The notes under the pieces were generated by a model. The model ran no database searches, had not been told where the DNA came from, and saw only the letters and a list, made by a program, of their open reading frames with translations. The translations under genes and the position numbers were made by a program. Below, one piece after another: positions 47,319 through 57,042 of a stretch of DNA of 64,000 bases. Origin of the DNA: Deltaproteobacteria bacterium (GTDB taxonomy: Bacteria > Myxococcota_A > UBA9160 > SMWR01); NCBI GenBank assembly GCA_032128115.1, contig JAQBHB010000068.1, forward strand, positions 8,725 to 72,724, read 5' to 3'. Numbering within the stretch: position 1 is the stretch's first letter; each line of letters opens with the position of its first letter.

Positions 47319-48625
47319 CCCAGGCGTTCCAGCGCCTCGCGCGTTTGGGCGTCTACCTCGATTGGCTTCCCGCCCTCGAGGGGCGGAGGCAGGCTCGCCA
47401 GCTCGCGCGCCAGCCGCTCGCGCAGACGCTCGGCGTCCTCGGGACGCTTCTCGATCAGATTGTCCCATTCCCTCGGATCGCGCTTCAGATCGTAGAGGCG
47501 GTGATGGCCGAGGCTGTGGTGATGGTACTTGAGCGGACCGAGCCACAGCGCCTTCCACTCGCCCCCTTCCAGCGTGGGACCGATGGCGTAACCTTCCGCG
47601 ATCAGGGCGCGGGGGCCGTCGGCGGCGGCGGCCGGCACGTCTTCGGAACCGATTCCGGCAGCAGCGAGGATCCACGCGTACACATCGTGGATCTGGACGG
47701 GTTCGTCCCGGGTCCGATCCGTGCGGGCGCGCCCGGGTGGCTTGACCAGCAGCGGGATGCTCACGAGCGCGTCGTACAGGTGCCCACCGTGGCCCCACTC
47801 CCCGTTCTCCCCGAAGAGTTCTCCGTGGTCCGAGGTGACCACGATCAGCGTCTCCCGATAGAGCCCGCGCTCCCGCAGGAAGTCGAACAGGATTCCGATC
47901 TGCTCGTCCATGTAGTGGATCTCGGCGTCGTAGAGCGCCGAGAACTGCATGCGGTCGTTGGGGTCGGGATTCGCGCCCGGGCGAAGAAAGATCTCCGCGT
48001 GGTTCGAGGGAGGGTCGTAGGGAAAGTGTGGATCGAAGAAGTTGAGAAACAGGAAGAACGGACGCGAGTCGCCGCCCGCGATCCACGACTCGAGCCACGT
48101 GCGCGCACCGGACACGATCTCGCCGGCCCGGCGCCCAGCGTGGTCGACGATGTCGGCATCGTCGTAGTGTTCGAATCCCGCCGCCAGACCAAAGCTGCGC
48201 AGCAGCCAGGGCCCCCCCACGACGCCCGCCGTGGCGTACCCGGCCTCGGCCAACCGCTGCGCCAGTGTCACCTCCCGGGGCGAGAGTCCGTGCGCGCGCA
48301 GCGCCTCCGGCGCCGCGATCCGATCCGACAGCAGCAATGAACCCTCCGGGTCGTAACGGGCCCCGTGACCCGAGGGAAGCTTTCCCGTGAACAGCGAGGC
48401 GTGGGCGGGATAGGTCCAGTGCGAGGTGGAGAGCGCCCGCGTGTATCTCACTGCGTCCCGGGCGAAGACGTCGAGATTGGGGCTCGTCTCCCACCCGTAG
48501 CCATAGGCACCCAGTCGATCCGGGCGCGTCGTGTCGAGCGTCACCAGCACGATATTGGGCCGCGAGGCATCGGCGCAGCCGGCGAACAGCAGAAGTGTCA
48601 GAACCGCGAGACGAAGACGAACCAC
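47306..48625 (-). CDS. Sulfatase-like hydrolase (alkaline phosphatase superfamily), probable lipoprotein
   Basis: Lipobox-like FAGC; PNIVLVTLDTTR.D, WTYPAHASLFTG, DPHFPY, TSDHGE, LYDL..DP.E. Start approximate. Confidence 0.88.
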   Translation of the reverse strand: MVRLRLAVLTLLLFAGCADASRPNIVLVTLDTTRPDRLGAYGYGWETSPNLDVFARDAVRYTRALSTSHWTYPAHASLFTGKLPSGHGARYDPEGSLLLSDRIAAPEALRAHGLSPREVTLAQRLAEAGYATAGVVGGPWLLRSFGLAAGFEHYDDADIVDHAGRRAGEIVSGARTWLESWIAGGDSRPFFLFLNFFDPHFPYDPPSNHAEIFLRPGANPDPNDRMQFSALYDAEIHYMDEQIGILFDFLRERGLYRETLIVVTSDHGELFGENGEWGHGGHLYDALVSIPLLVKPPGRARTDRTRDEPVQIHDVYAWILAAAGIGSEDVPAAAADGPRALIAEGYAIGPTLEGGEWKALWLGPLKYHHHSLGHHRLYDLKRDPREWDNLIEKRPEDAERLRERLARELASLPPPLEGGKPIEVDAQTREALERLGYAR

Positions 48626-48801
48626 GTCCCCAAGGTGCACCAGACAGGGCGGACGGCTCAAGCCCACCGGACGCCCGCCGCGGGGCCATCGCCAGGGACC
48701 AGAGAACTCCAGCTGACCGATTTCGGAGCAAAACAATTGACTTTCCGTCGGAGATGGGACCATCGTGCCGAAGACGCTCCACAGACGTCAGGAGAAAGCG
48801 C

Positions 48802-49791
48802 GTGCGCACTTCGTGCCCGTCTCTCGCAGTTTCCCTCCCCGCCGTTCTCGTGTTCCTCGCTTCGTCGCCTGTTCTCGGGGCCCCCTTCTTCTCCATCGAC
48901 GCTGCCTCGCCGTCCGTGCCGGGCGTCAACAACTCGGACGTCTTCACGGCACCGGGCCCCATCGGCGGACCTCCCGTGCTGGCCATCCCGGCGGCTGGAC
49001 TCGGCCTCGTCGGAGCGCCCTTCGACGAGTTGAACGCCATGACGACGCCGGCTCCCCTGAACCTGTTCTTCTTCTCGGTGGACCGCCCCTCAGTGGGCGT
49101 GGCGGGCGCCCCGCCGAACGTATTCTCGGAGTCAGGGGTAGGCCAGGCCGCAGGCGATGTGTACGCCTCGCTGCTCGCGGGAGCCAACACCTTGTCGGCC
49201 AACCAGGATGTTCTTGGCGAGCTTCCCCCGATCCCGCCTGGTGTCGCCGCGATTCCGCCGATCGACAATCTGGACGCCCTCGACTTCCACGGTGGCCCCG
49301 GGTTGATCTTTGCGCTGGCGCCCGGGCATCCCTATCTGGGAGCCAGCGCCTTGTTCGGCTGCGGCGCCGATCTCTTTTTCCTGTCCGGGGCGCCCGCGAT
49401 TCCCTTCGCAGCCATGGGCCTCCTGGGTTGCGCCGACGATGTCGATGCCCTCCAGATCGACTCGACCACCGGCGACATCTGGTTCTCACTCGCTCCCGGC
49501 TCGCCGTCGCTCCTCCCCGGATCGCCCATCGTCGGCTGCGCTGGAGGCTGCAGCCCCGCCGACATCTTCATGGCCGCGGGCGGAGCTCCGCCTTCCACGC
49601 TCGTGTTCCCAGCCGCCGCGCTCGGATTGCTGCCGACCGACAACGTAGACGCGATGGCGTGGGATCCGGTGCCGCCGGTTCCTTCGATGTCTCCCTTCGG
49701 CATGGCGCTGCTTGCGACCTTGATCGGTCTGGGCGCCGTGGGGGCGGTTCATCGCGGAAGGATCTCGCGCTCTTCAGCGCGGCGTATCTGA
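48802..49791 (+). CDS. Secreted hypothetical protein with IPTL-CTERM-like tail
   Basis: AGGAG RBS, signal peptide, repeated LGL...D(N/E/D)(L/V)DA(L/M) and FS(I/V/L) units; ends VPSMSPFGMALLATLIGLGAVGAVHRGR... Confidence 0.7.
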   Translation: MRTSCPSLAVSLPAVLVFLASSPVLGAPFFSIDAASPSVPGVNNSDVFTAPGPIGGPPVLAIPAAGLGLVGAPFDELNAMTTPAPLNLFFFSVDRPSVGVAGAPPNVFSESGVGQAAGDVYASLLAGANTLSANQDVLGELPPIPPGVAAIPPIDNLDALDFHGGPGLIFALAPGHPYLGASALFGCGADLFFLSGAPAIPFAAMGLLGCADDVDALQIDSTTGDIWFSLAPGSPSLLPGSPIVGCAGGCSPADIFMAAGGAPPSTLVFPAAALGLLPTDNVDAMAWDPVPPVPSMSPFGMALLATLIGLGAVGAVHRGRISRSSARRI

Positions 49792-50090
49792 CGGTGGGAT
49801 ACCCCATGGCGGCGGCAGCGGTGTTCCTGCGTCGCGCTCGCGTGGGCGCCTGAGCCCAGCGAGCTCTCCCACCTGAAGTCCCCCGTGGGAATATCCGGCG
49901 AGACCGCGGAAAAGCGTTTCCATTCGACCGGAACACGTCTTCCGTCCCGCCGCGTGCGGCATGCTCAGCAAAGTCACAACGCACCGGTATCTTGGCGTTT
50001 TTTCGCAGTGCCGGCCGACCCCATATGGGGCACAACCCCTGCAGGTGCGACGCGAGTGGGTGGGTGCCGCAAACGCGGCTTCGCCGGTTG

Positions 50091-53000
50091 ATGACTCCAG
50101 AAGCCGTGCGCCATCGGATCTTCGCCTGGGTCGCCGCCGTCTTCGCCAGCCTCGTCGCCGCACCGATTGCGGCCAGCCCGCCCGACCCGCAGGTGCTGCT
50201 CTACAACACCGAGGGAAACCGACTCCGCCGCTACGACGTGGACACCCTCGACACGACCCTCGTCGAGGACGTGCTGCAGCCGAGCGCCTCGGACGACCCG
50301 ACCCACGGGCGCGACAGCAACGGCAGCATCTGCCGCTTCCACGACGGCAGCGGTCGCTACGTTCACGGCGAAGACACGGACCAACCCACGCCCCCGGCTG
50401 GCTTCGGCGTCTTCTCGCCCGACGGCACCCAGGTGGGCAAGCTCACCCCCACCTATCCGGTCTACAGCTCGGGGCAGCCCGAGCCCCACGGCTGCGGGAT
50501 CCGCGATGACGGCATCCTCTTTACCAGCGACGTGGGCCAGCAGGGCTTCGGCTTCGACAACGGCCAGCTCACCATGTGGTTTCCGCCCTACGACCACTTT
50601 CCCGGCCCGCTCCCGCCGGACCCGAACGCCTATCCGAACAACAACGACGCCAGCACCAACTTCTGCAAGATCGACGAGACGATCGGGACCGCTGCGAGCG
50701 TCGCAATCGACGGGCAGAATCGGGTGTACGTGGCTTCGTCGAGCGGGCTCGTGGTGTATCGCTACGACGGCACCTGGCCCACCGGCCTCGGCGTGGGCGA
50801 GGGCTGTGAAGACACGGACAGCGTCGGCACGCCCATGGTGGACGCTGGAGACATCACGCGCAGCGTATTCCTGCCCCAAAGCGGGCTCTCCACCTACTCG
50901 GGTCTGGCCATGGCCCCGGACGGCAACAGCATCTACGTGTCGACGGTGCTCGAGGGAAAGATTCGCGAGTACGACCTCTCGGGCACTTTCATCCGCATGA
51001 TCGTGGATCACGCCGTGCCAGCCGGCACGTTGCCCACCAGCTACGGAAGTCCACAGGGCATCGACATCGGCCCCGATGGAACGCTCTACTATGCAGACCT
51101 GGACCTGATTGGAACTCTCCCCAACGTGGGCCCCGGCCCGAACGGCAAGGTGTGGAGGGTGCGTTTCGACTCGGGCGGAGACCCACTGACTCCCGAGATC
51201 CTGCGCCAGAACCTGAGCTTCCCCGATGGGGTGGCGGTCCTCGCCGGCGATCTCGAGCCATCACGCCAGCGCACGCTGGCGGGCGGCCCCCGGCGTCAGG
51301 CCTTCTACGCCAACGAGTCGGTGATCACCCCCGCCAATGCGGCGAGCCTGGCCGTGCGCTGGACCTTTACCGCCGACGGCGCCATCACCGGCTCGCCCAC
51401 GGTTGCCGACGTGGACGTGCCCGGAGAGGGTGTGATCCCGGTGGTCTATTTCCTGTCGTGGGATCGCCATGTCTACGCGGTGCGCATGAGTGACGGCAGT
51501 CTGATCTGGAAGACGCTGACCGACGAACAGCCGAACGCCGGCTTCCCCACCGTTGCCACGGTGGATGTGGCCGAGGTCGATGGCCAGGACATCGCCTACA
51601 TCGGCTCCGGCGAGGCCGTCTACGCCCTCGACGCCGCCACTGGCGCCGAGATCTGGCGCTTCACGGCGGGCACCGGCTGCGGGACTCTCGGCGTGGGCGG
51701 GCCCTTCCCCGGCTTCTGCACGTCGTCCGGCGACGACGAACGCAACCAGATCGAAGGTTCGATCCTGGTGGCGGACGGCACCGTCTTCGTGGGCATGGAC
51801 GTGAACGACAAGGCGGTGGGCAAGGGCGGGATGTACGGCCTGGATGCCGGCGATGGCCGACTGCGCTGGTTCTTCGACCTGGAAAGTGGCAGCACCTGCC
51901 GTCCGGCACCCAGCGACGACATCCGCCAGTACGATCCCTACCACAGCGAGAGCGAGCTAAATCTTCCCGTGGGCTTCCTCTCGATTCCCGGCTGCGACCA
52001 CCCGCGCAACCGCAACGGCTGCGGAAACATCTGGTCGTCGGCCGCCGTCGATTTCGAGCGCGAGGCCCTCTTCGTGGCCTCGAGCAATTGCGATACCGAC
52101 ATGAATGGGGGCACCAACGAGCCGCCGCCGCCCATGCCCCCCTACGACGAGGCCCTGTTCTCTCTCACCTTCGAGGGCGATCCCGTCTGGGTGTGGCGAC
52201 CGCGTTCGATCGACAACGCCGACCTGGCCTTCGGCGCCGCCCCGAATCTGTTCGAGATCGATTTCGGCGGCGCGACGCGCCAGGTGGTGGGCGTGGGCAA
52301 CAAGGATGGCAGCTACTACGTGCTCGACCGCGACGGAACCAACGAGGTCACGGACCTGGTGGAGCCCTACTGGTCGACCCAGGTCGTCGCCGGGGGCGAC
52401 ATCGGCGGCATCGTGGCCACGGCCTCCGTGGACGAGGGCGCCGGGCGCATCTACTTCAGCACGGCCGCCGGTGACGGGGTCGTGAACGATCCCGCCATGG
52501 CCCTGCCGGCTCAGCAACCGACCCTGCACGCCCTGGACATGGATTCGGGCGCGATCCTCTGGCAGAACGACGCCGCAAATGGCTTCAGCCCGCCCGAGGA
52601 CGCGAGCTTCGGACCCACGAGCGCGAGCCCGGGCGTCGTCTACTTCAACGCCGTGCCCGGCGCCTCCCTGCGCGTCCACGACGCGGCCACCGGCGCAGAA
52701 CTCACGCGGATCGGTCTCTCGAACGCCGCGAGTGCGTCCATGGCCAGCGTGCGCGACGGCACCCTGCTGATCGGTGAGGGCATCGGGCCGGGCTTCACTG
52801 CCGGGATCGACTCGGACCTGACGGCCCTGTGCGTGCCAGGCACTACCGGCTGCGCCGCCTGCAACAACGGCCTGGACGACGACGTGGACGGCGACACCGA
52901 CGGGGCCGATGAGGACTGCGAGGGCCCCGCCGACGACTCCGAGTTCCCGGAATCCCAGTGGAAGCTCCACGGCACCGCCCAGGGCGGCAGCGTGGAGGTC

Positions 53001-53294
53001 ACGATCGAAGGCGTGACGGTGGTGCTGGTGACGACATTCGGCGAGAGCGCCAGCGAGGTGATCGCGAACCTCGCTGGCGCCATCCGCAACGACCCGACGC
53101 TCGCGGCGTTGGGCACCACCGCGACTTCCCTGGGCTCCCTCGCCGCGATCTTCGGCGAGGTCACCCAGTTCAAGGTCAACGACCCGGGTCTCTCCCTCGG
53201 ACTGCTGCTCCCCGCCCTCTCGGCCGGCGGACTCGCGCTGCTGACCGCACTCCTGGCGGGAACGGCATTCTCGATCATGCGCCGCCGGCGCTAA
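50091..53294 (+). CDS. Large secreted protein: NHL/SMP-30-like propeller, PQQ-type propeller and IPTL-CTERM-like tail
   Basis: Signal peptide; SPQGI..GPDG.LY, FPDG; repeated ALDA.TG..W blades; CNNGLDDDVDGDTD..D..C motif; ends LPALSAGGLALLTALLAG...RRRR. Confidence 0.8.
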   Translation: MTPEAVRHRIFAWVAAVFASLVAAPIAASPPDPQVLLYNTEGNRLRRYDVDTLDTTLVEDVLQPSASDDPTHGRDSNGSICRFHDGSGRYVHGEDTDQPTPPAGFGVFSPDGTQVGKLTPTYPVYSSGQPEPHGCGIRDDGILFTSDVGQQGFGFDNGQLTMWFPPYDHFPGPLPPDPNAYPNNNDASTNFCKIDETIGTAASVAIDGQNRVYVASSSGLVVYRYDGTWPTGLGVGEGCEDTDSVGTPMVDAGDITRSVFLPQSGLSTYSGLAMAPDGNSIYVSTVLEGKIREYDLSGTFIRMIVDHAVPAGTLPTSYGSPQGIDIGPDGTLYYADLDLIGTLPNVGPGPNGKVWRVRFDSGGDPLTPEILRQNLSFPDGVAVLAGDLEPSRQRTLAGGPRRQAFYANESVITPANAASLAVRWTFTADGAITGSPTVADVDVPGEGVIPVVYFLSWDRHVYAVRMSDGSLIWKTLTDEQPNAGFPTVATVDVAEVDGQDIAYIGSGEAVYALDAATGAEIWRFTAGTGCGTLGVGGPFPGFCTSSGDDERNQIEGSILVADGTVFVGMDVNDKAVGKGGMYGLDAGDGRLRWFFDLESGSTCRPAPSDDIRQYDPYHSESELNLPVGFLSIPGCDHPRNRNGCGNIWSSAAVDFEREALFVASSNCDTDMNGGTNEPPPPMPPYDEALFSLTFEGDPVWVWRPRSIDNADLAFGAAPNLFEIDFGGATRQVVGVGNKDGSYYVLDRDGTNEVTDLVEPYWSTQVVAGGDIGGIVATASVDEGAGRIYFSTAAGDGVVNDPAMALPAQQPTLHALDMDSGAILWQNDAANGFSPPEDASFGPTSASPGVVYFNAVPGASLRVHDAATGAELTRIGLSNAASASMASVRDGTLLIGEGIGPGFTAGIDSDLTALCVPGTTGCAACNNGLDDDVDGDTDGADEDCEGPADDSEFPESQWKLHGTAQGGSVEVTIEGVTVVLVTTFGESASEVIANLAGAIRNDPTLAALGTTATSLGSLAAIFGEVTQFKVNDPGLSLGLLLPALSAGGLALLTALLAGTAFSIMRRRR

Positions 53295-53304
53295 CGTTCG
53301 GGCC

Positions 53305-53937
53305 CTACTCCGTTTCGCCGACGATTTCGATCTCCGGAGTCCCACTGCCGTCATCGATGAGCATCTCTCCAACGATGATGTTGCCTCGGTCGAGGCTCGC
53401 GGTCCCGGCGTCACAGCCACCTTCCACGGGGATGTCGAACGCCATGTCCGAGGCCGAGACACAGAGGCTGCCCCGATCCCTGGTATGCCCCTTCTTGGGT
53501 CCCGGAGGCTTGGGGCCTCGCCCCACCAGGGTCAGGTCGGCAGTTCCCACGGTCATGATTCCATCTTCGTCCGTGCACTCGTAGGTCCAGCCGGTCAGGC
53601 TCGCGGCGCCATCGGCGATAGCGACCGCGCCGGGCATGAACGCGCAAGTCAGCGGACCGAGGCTGCGATAGTTGATCACGAGATCGCCCGGCACCAGGTT
53701 GCCCTCTTCATCCAGCACCAGAACCGAGCCGTCTTCCTGAACCATCGCGAATTCGAAGGCATGGGTAGGCGCCTCCAAGCCGTGCTTGTGGCCTCTTCCG
53801 TCCACCGGATCGTCCGGGTCCTGGAGGCCGCCGCTGATCTTGGCGAAGGCCACCGTATCCTGCGCGCCCGCCGAGCCTGTCAGGCCGAAGCACGCGATGA
53901 GCGCCGCCAGCGTCATTAGGGTCAGTCGATTCATCAT
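53305..53937 (-). CDS. Secreted hypothetical protein
   Basis: GGGAG RBS; signal peptide ending AGA; acidic, beta-rich mature part with four Cys. Confidence 0.65.
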   Translation of the reverse strand: MMNRLTLMTLAALIACFGLTGSAGAQDTVAFAKISGGLQDPDDPVDGRGHKHGLEAPTHAFEFAMVQEDGSVLVLDEEGNLVPGDLVINYRSLGPLTCAFMPGAVAIADGAASLTGWTYECTDEDGIMTVGTADLTLVGRGPKPPGPKKGHTRDRGSLCVSASDMAFDIPVEGGCDAGTASLDRGNIIVGEMLIDDGSGTPEIEIVGETE

Positions 53938-54010
53938 CTTTTATCTCCCATTGAGAAGCGCCTGAGTGCGCTTTGATCCGCACGACGGGTTCCCCGTCGC
54001 GGCTCCACGA

Positions 54011-54039
54011 CTCATCGGGAACGACTGGCCTGTTCTTGG
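54011..54039 (-). promoter_or_regulatory. Sigma28-like promoter candidate
   Basis: Minus strand CCAAG-N15-CCCGATGAG upstream of the ATG at 53937. Confidence 0.4.
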
Positions 54040-54185
54040 TGAGCTACCGCACACCGGGAGTCGCACGCGGAAATGAATTCCACGCTGCGTGCCCTGGGAG
54101 CTGCCCGCTGCCCATTCATGGGGTGGCAACCGCATCGGACCTGCGTTGGATCTGCCGGTTCGGAGGGAACCAGCCCGCAGCTGGC

Positions 54186-55172
54186 CTAGCTGGGCCGGAA
54201 TCGAGCCGTCGATGGGTGGTCAAGCAGCTCGAAGCGCTGCGAAAGTGCGGCGATCGGTTCACCGCGCTGTTCGATCGCGTCGGCAGCGATCGGCCCCAGA
54301 CCGGCTTCCGCCGCCGGACCCAGATACGGGATGTGAACCGGATCGAGACCCATCAGGCGCGCGCCGGTGGCGTCCACGGCCACCGGGTTCGAACCCATCA
54401 GCAGCAGGTTCGCACGCCGCGGTGTCCCCATGATCGGGCCGTCGCCCTCCATGCCGACGATGCCGTCCACGATGGCCAGGTGGGGCCGCACTGCGGCGGT
54501 GATGTCCACGATCGAGCGCTCGATACCCACCTGGTGCAGCAGGTTCTTGGGCCAGCCGTAGAGGATGCCGGGCATCACGCCGAAGAGGTTCTTCATGGAG
54601 AGCGTCATCCCCACCCAGTGGTGCGTCTTCAGCTTGGGCATGGACACGATCACGTCGGCTCGCTTCAAGGTCCTTGGCAGCCCGAAGCCCTGCAGTCCGG
54701 TGGCGCCCAGCTTGTTCTGCACCCCGTAGATCTCGTCGTGATTCAGGTCGAAGAAAGGCACCCGCAACTCCTCGAGCACTGCGTCCAGGCCCGACTGTTC
54801 CAGCACCAGGTAGCTGTCGCGGCAGTGGCCCTGCCCTTCGGCCACGAAGACCTCGCGTGCGTCGAGACCGCGAAACACCTCCACGGCCGCAGCGATCACG
54901 GCCGGATGCGTATTGATGTGGGGAGCGCTCTCGCTCGGCTCTACCAGGTTCGGCTTGAGCAGCACCGAGCGACCGCGGATGCGATCGCGATCCACTCCGA
55001 TCTCGGCGAGACCCCGCCGCAGGATCGACGTCAGGTCGGCGTCGTAGCCATCGGCCCTGGCGATCACCACGGGTTCCCCTGCAGACGGAACGGGTCGGCT
55101 GCAGGCCGCAAGCGCGCACGCCGCCCCCACGGCCGCGCCGGAGCCCAGGACGAAATCGCGCCGGTTCAGCAC
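54186..55172 (-). CDS. DUF362 domain protein with Tat-like signal
   Basis: NRRDFV and LAAC at the N-terminus; VLLKPNLV, THP, MPKLKTH...TLSMKNLFG, GMEGDGP, PVAVD. Confidence 0.88.
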   Translation of the reverse strand: MLNRRDFVLGSGAAVGAACALAACSRPVPSAGEPVVIARADGYDADLTSILRRGLAEIGVDRDRIRGRSVLLKPNLVEPSESAPHINTHPAVIAAAVEVFRGLDAREVFVAEGQGHCRDSYLVLEQSGLDAVLEELRVPFFDLNHDEIYGVQNKLGATGLQGFGLPRTLKRADVIVSMPKLKTHHWVGMTLSMKNLFGVMPGILYGWPKNLLHQVGIERSIVDITAAVRPHLAIVDGIVGMEGDGPIMGTPRRANLLLMGSNPVAVDATGARLMGLDPVHIPYLGPAAEAGLGPIAADAIEQRGEPIAALSQRFELLDHPSTARFRPS

Positions 55173-55174
55173 GC

Positions 55175-56065
55175 CTACGCCCCCGCTCCCAGCAGCGCCA
55201 GCGTGCGGTCCTGGGAGGCCAGCATCAGGTAGGCAAGCTCCACGCCCGCGTTCGAGCGGCGCGTGGCGCGGTCGGCAGCGTCGGCGAGCCACGCCTCCGA
55301 AGCCGGCGGCCGGCGGCCCCAGGCGGCGAGGCCCAGCAGCCCCCAACAACACGACTGACCGGAGCGGATCGTGGGAAGCGCCGACTCGAGATAGACCCAG
55401 GCAGCCGCCTCGGCCGGGCCCGCGGGCTCGAGTCCGGCAAGCGCCAACAGTGCCAGGCCCGTCGGGGCCGGTCGCGGTCGCAGCTCCCTGTCGAAGACGG
55501 TGGTGTTGCCGTAGTTCCAGCCCCCGCCCGAGAGCGCGCGATTGCGGATCAGGCGCACGCCGTCGCGCACGCGCTCGTGATCGGCGAGCCCCGCGCCGCG
55601 CAGCGCGATCACGGCCACACTGGTGGGCTCGAGCCAGGCGTGGGTGCCCGCCAGCCAGGGCCAGCCCGCAATGGTGGGGTCGTGGCCGAAATCCGGACTC
55701 GGCGGCTCGATCCTGCCCCGCGACTCGAGGATCCAGCGCAGGGCCCGCTGGCGCTCGTCGCCGTGGTCCGAGCGGGCCGACCACAGCAGCACCGCCCAGG
55801 CCGTGGGCCAGTGCGGGGCGGCAGCCTGGGCCGAAACTCCGAGCGATCCGTCCGGCTGCTGCAGGAAGGCCAGCCAGGTGCTCGCCTGGTCGACGCTGGC
55901 CTCGGATTCCTGGGAGGTCTCGGACGTGTCGGTGGCGAGCAGGGCCAGGCAGGCCAGCACGGTGGATTCCACGCAGGGGGCCGAGCCCGGCCGGTAGCCC
56001 CAGCCCGGTGCCTCTCCGCGCAGATCGAGCAGCCTGCGTCGCGCCGCGTCCACCCAGCCCGGCAT
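55175..56065 (-). CDS. Prenyltransferase/squalene-cyclase-repeat (alpha-barrel) protein
   Basis: GWGY, QQPDGS, GWPW...T..W.EPT, GGWNYGN; ATG 6 nt after TATAAT. Confidence 0.75.
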   Translation of the reverse strand: MPGWVDAARRRLLDLRGEAPGWGYRPGSAPCVESTVLACLALLATDTSETSQESEASVDQASTWLAFLQQPDGSLGVSAQAAAPHWPTAWAVLLWSARSDHGDERQRALRWILESRGRIEPPSPDFGHDPTIAGWPWLAGTHAWLEPTSVAVIALRGAGLADHERVRDGVRLIRNRALSGGGWNYGNTTVFDRELRPRPAPTGLALLALAGLEPAGPAEAAAWVYLESALPTIRSGQSCCWGLLGLAAWGRRPPASEAWLADAADRATRRSNAGVELAYLMLASQDRTLALLGAGA

Positions 56066-56121
56066 GGACGAATTATACGGCGGTGGCCGCCCCCGTGCGG
56101 GGCCCACTCACATGGAGAAGA

Positions 56122-57042
56122 TCAGTCCTCGACCCGGGTCCAGGTGTCGTCCGGGTCGTAGGCGTCCATGCCGCTGAAGGGGCCCAGATCCTTCTGGTAG
56201 ATCCTGCCCTTGTGGTTCACCACGAAGGTCATGATCCCCGTGTTCTCGTAGTCGGCGGGATAGGCCACCAGCGCAAAGCCGGCCAGCATGCTGCCGTTGA
56301 TGACGTAGTCGTAGTCGCCGCCGGGCGGATTCCCGCCCTGGCGCGTGAGAACCTGGAGGGTGTAGCCGCGAATGGGGTCGCCCGGCTGGAGTGTATCCAG
56401 GTATCGCTCGGCTTCCTGCACCAGCGGGCCGAGGGGGCTGGGATCGTCCTCGTCGCCTTCCTCCCAGTAGAGACCGTCCTTGTGGCCCGGTGAGCTGACG
56501 AGCCGCTGGGCGTACTCGAGCACGTCGTCGCCATCCCGATCGGCGCGGGCGTATTCGATCTGCGCGTCCACGTAGGCATGACTCAGGGCGATGGCCGAAA
56601 GCTCGTTGCGACCGACCCGGCGATCGATGATCTCCTCGATCCCCTCCTCGGTGTCGAACTGCCATTGGGAGCCTTCGTTCACCAGCAGGATCGGGAACGG
56701 CCACTTCTTCTTGCCCAGCACCAGCTCGACGGCTCCGTCGTCCGTCGGTTCCAGCTCGAGCTTCACTCGCGCAGCCTCGGCGATCTTCTGGCGGGCCTCG
56801 CGCTCCGCGTCCCAGTCGGCCGTCACAATCTGGTCGCGGTAGGCGGGTCCCAGGATCGAAAGGATCGCGTCCACGTCATCGCTGGCCAGTGCCTCGATCA
56901 TGGCCTCGGCCGCCTGCTCCGGACTCGCGAAGTGCTCCGGCCCCTGCGGCTCGGCATCGCCGCACGCCGCCAGCGGCGCAATCAGGCACGCGAAGAGCAG
57001 CGCCCCTCCGCGCCTTCGCCATCGGATCCGAGTGCGCTCCAT
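56122..57042 (-). CDS. DUF2950 family protein
   Basis: FASPEQA, WPFPI.L, RRVGRNE, DGLYW, FALVAYPA.Y..TGIMTF. Confidence 0.9.
   Translation of the reverse strand: MERTRIRWRRRGGALLFACLIAPLAACGDAEPQGPEHFASPEQAAEAMIEALASDDVDAILSILGPAYRDQIVTADWDAEREARQKIAEAARVKLELEPTDDGAVELVLGKKKWPFPILLVNEGSQWQFDTEEGIEEIIDRRVGRNELSAIALSHAYVDAQIEYARADRDGDDVLEYAQRLVSSPGHKDGLYWEEGDEDDPSPLGPLVQEAERYLDTLQPGDPIRGYTLQVLTRQGGNPPGGDYDYVINGSMLAGFALVAYPADYENTGIMTFVVNHKGRIYQKDLGPFSGMDAYDPDDTWTRVED

Noticed and set aside
46008..49268. 1086-aa ORF on the - strand
   Set aside because: No recognisable motifs; overlaps the MFS, sulfatase-like and secreted protein genes in other frames.
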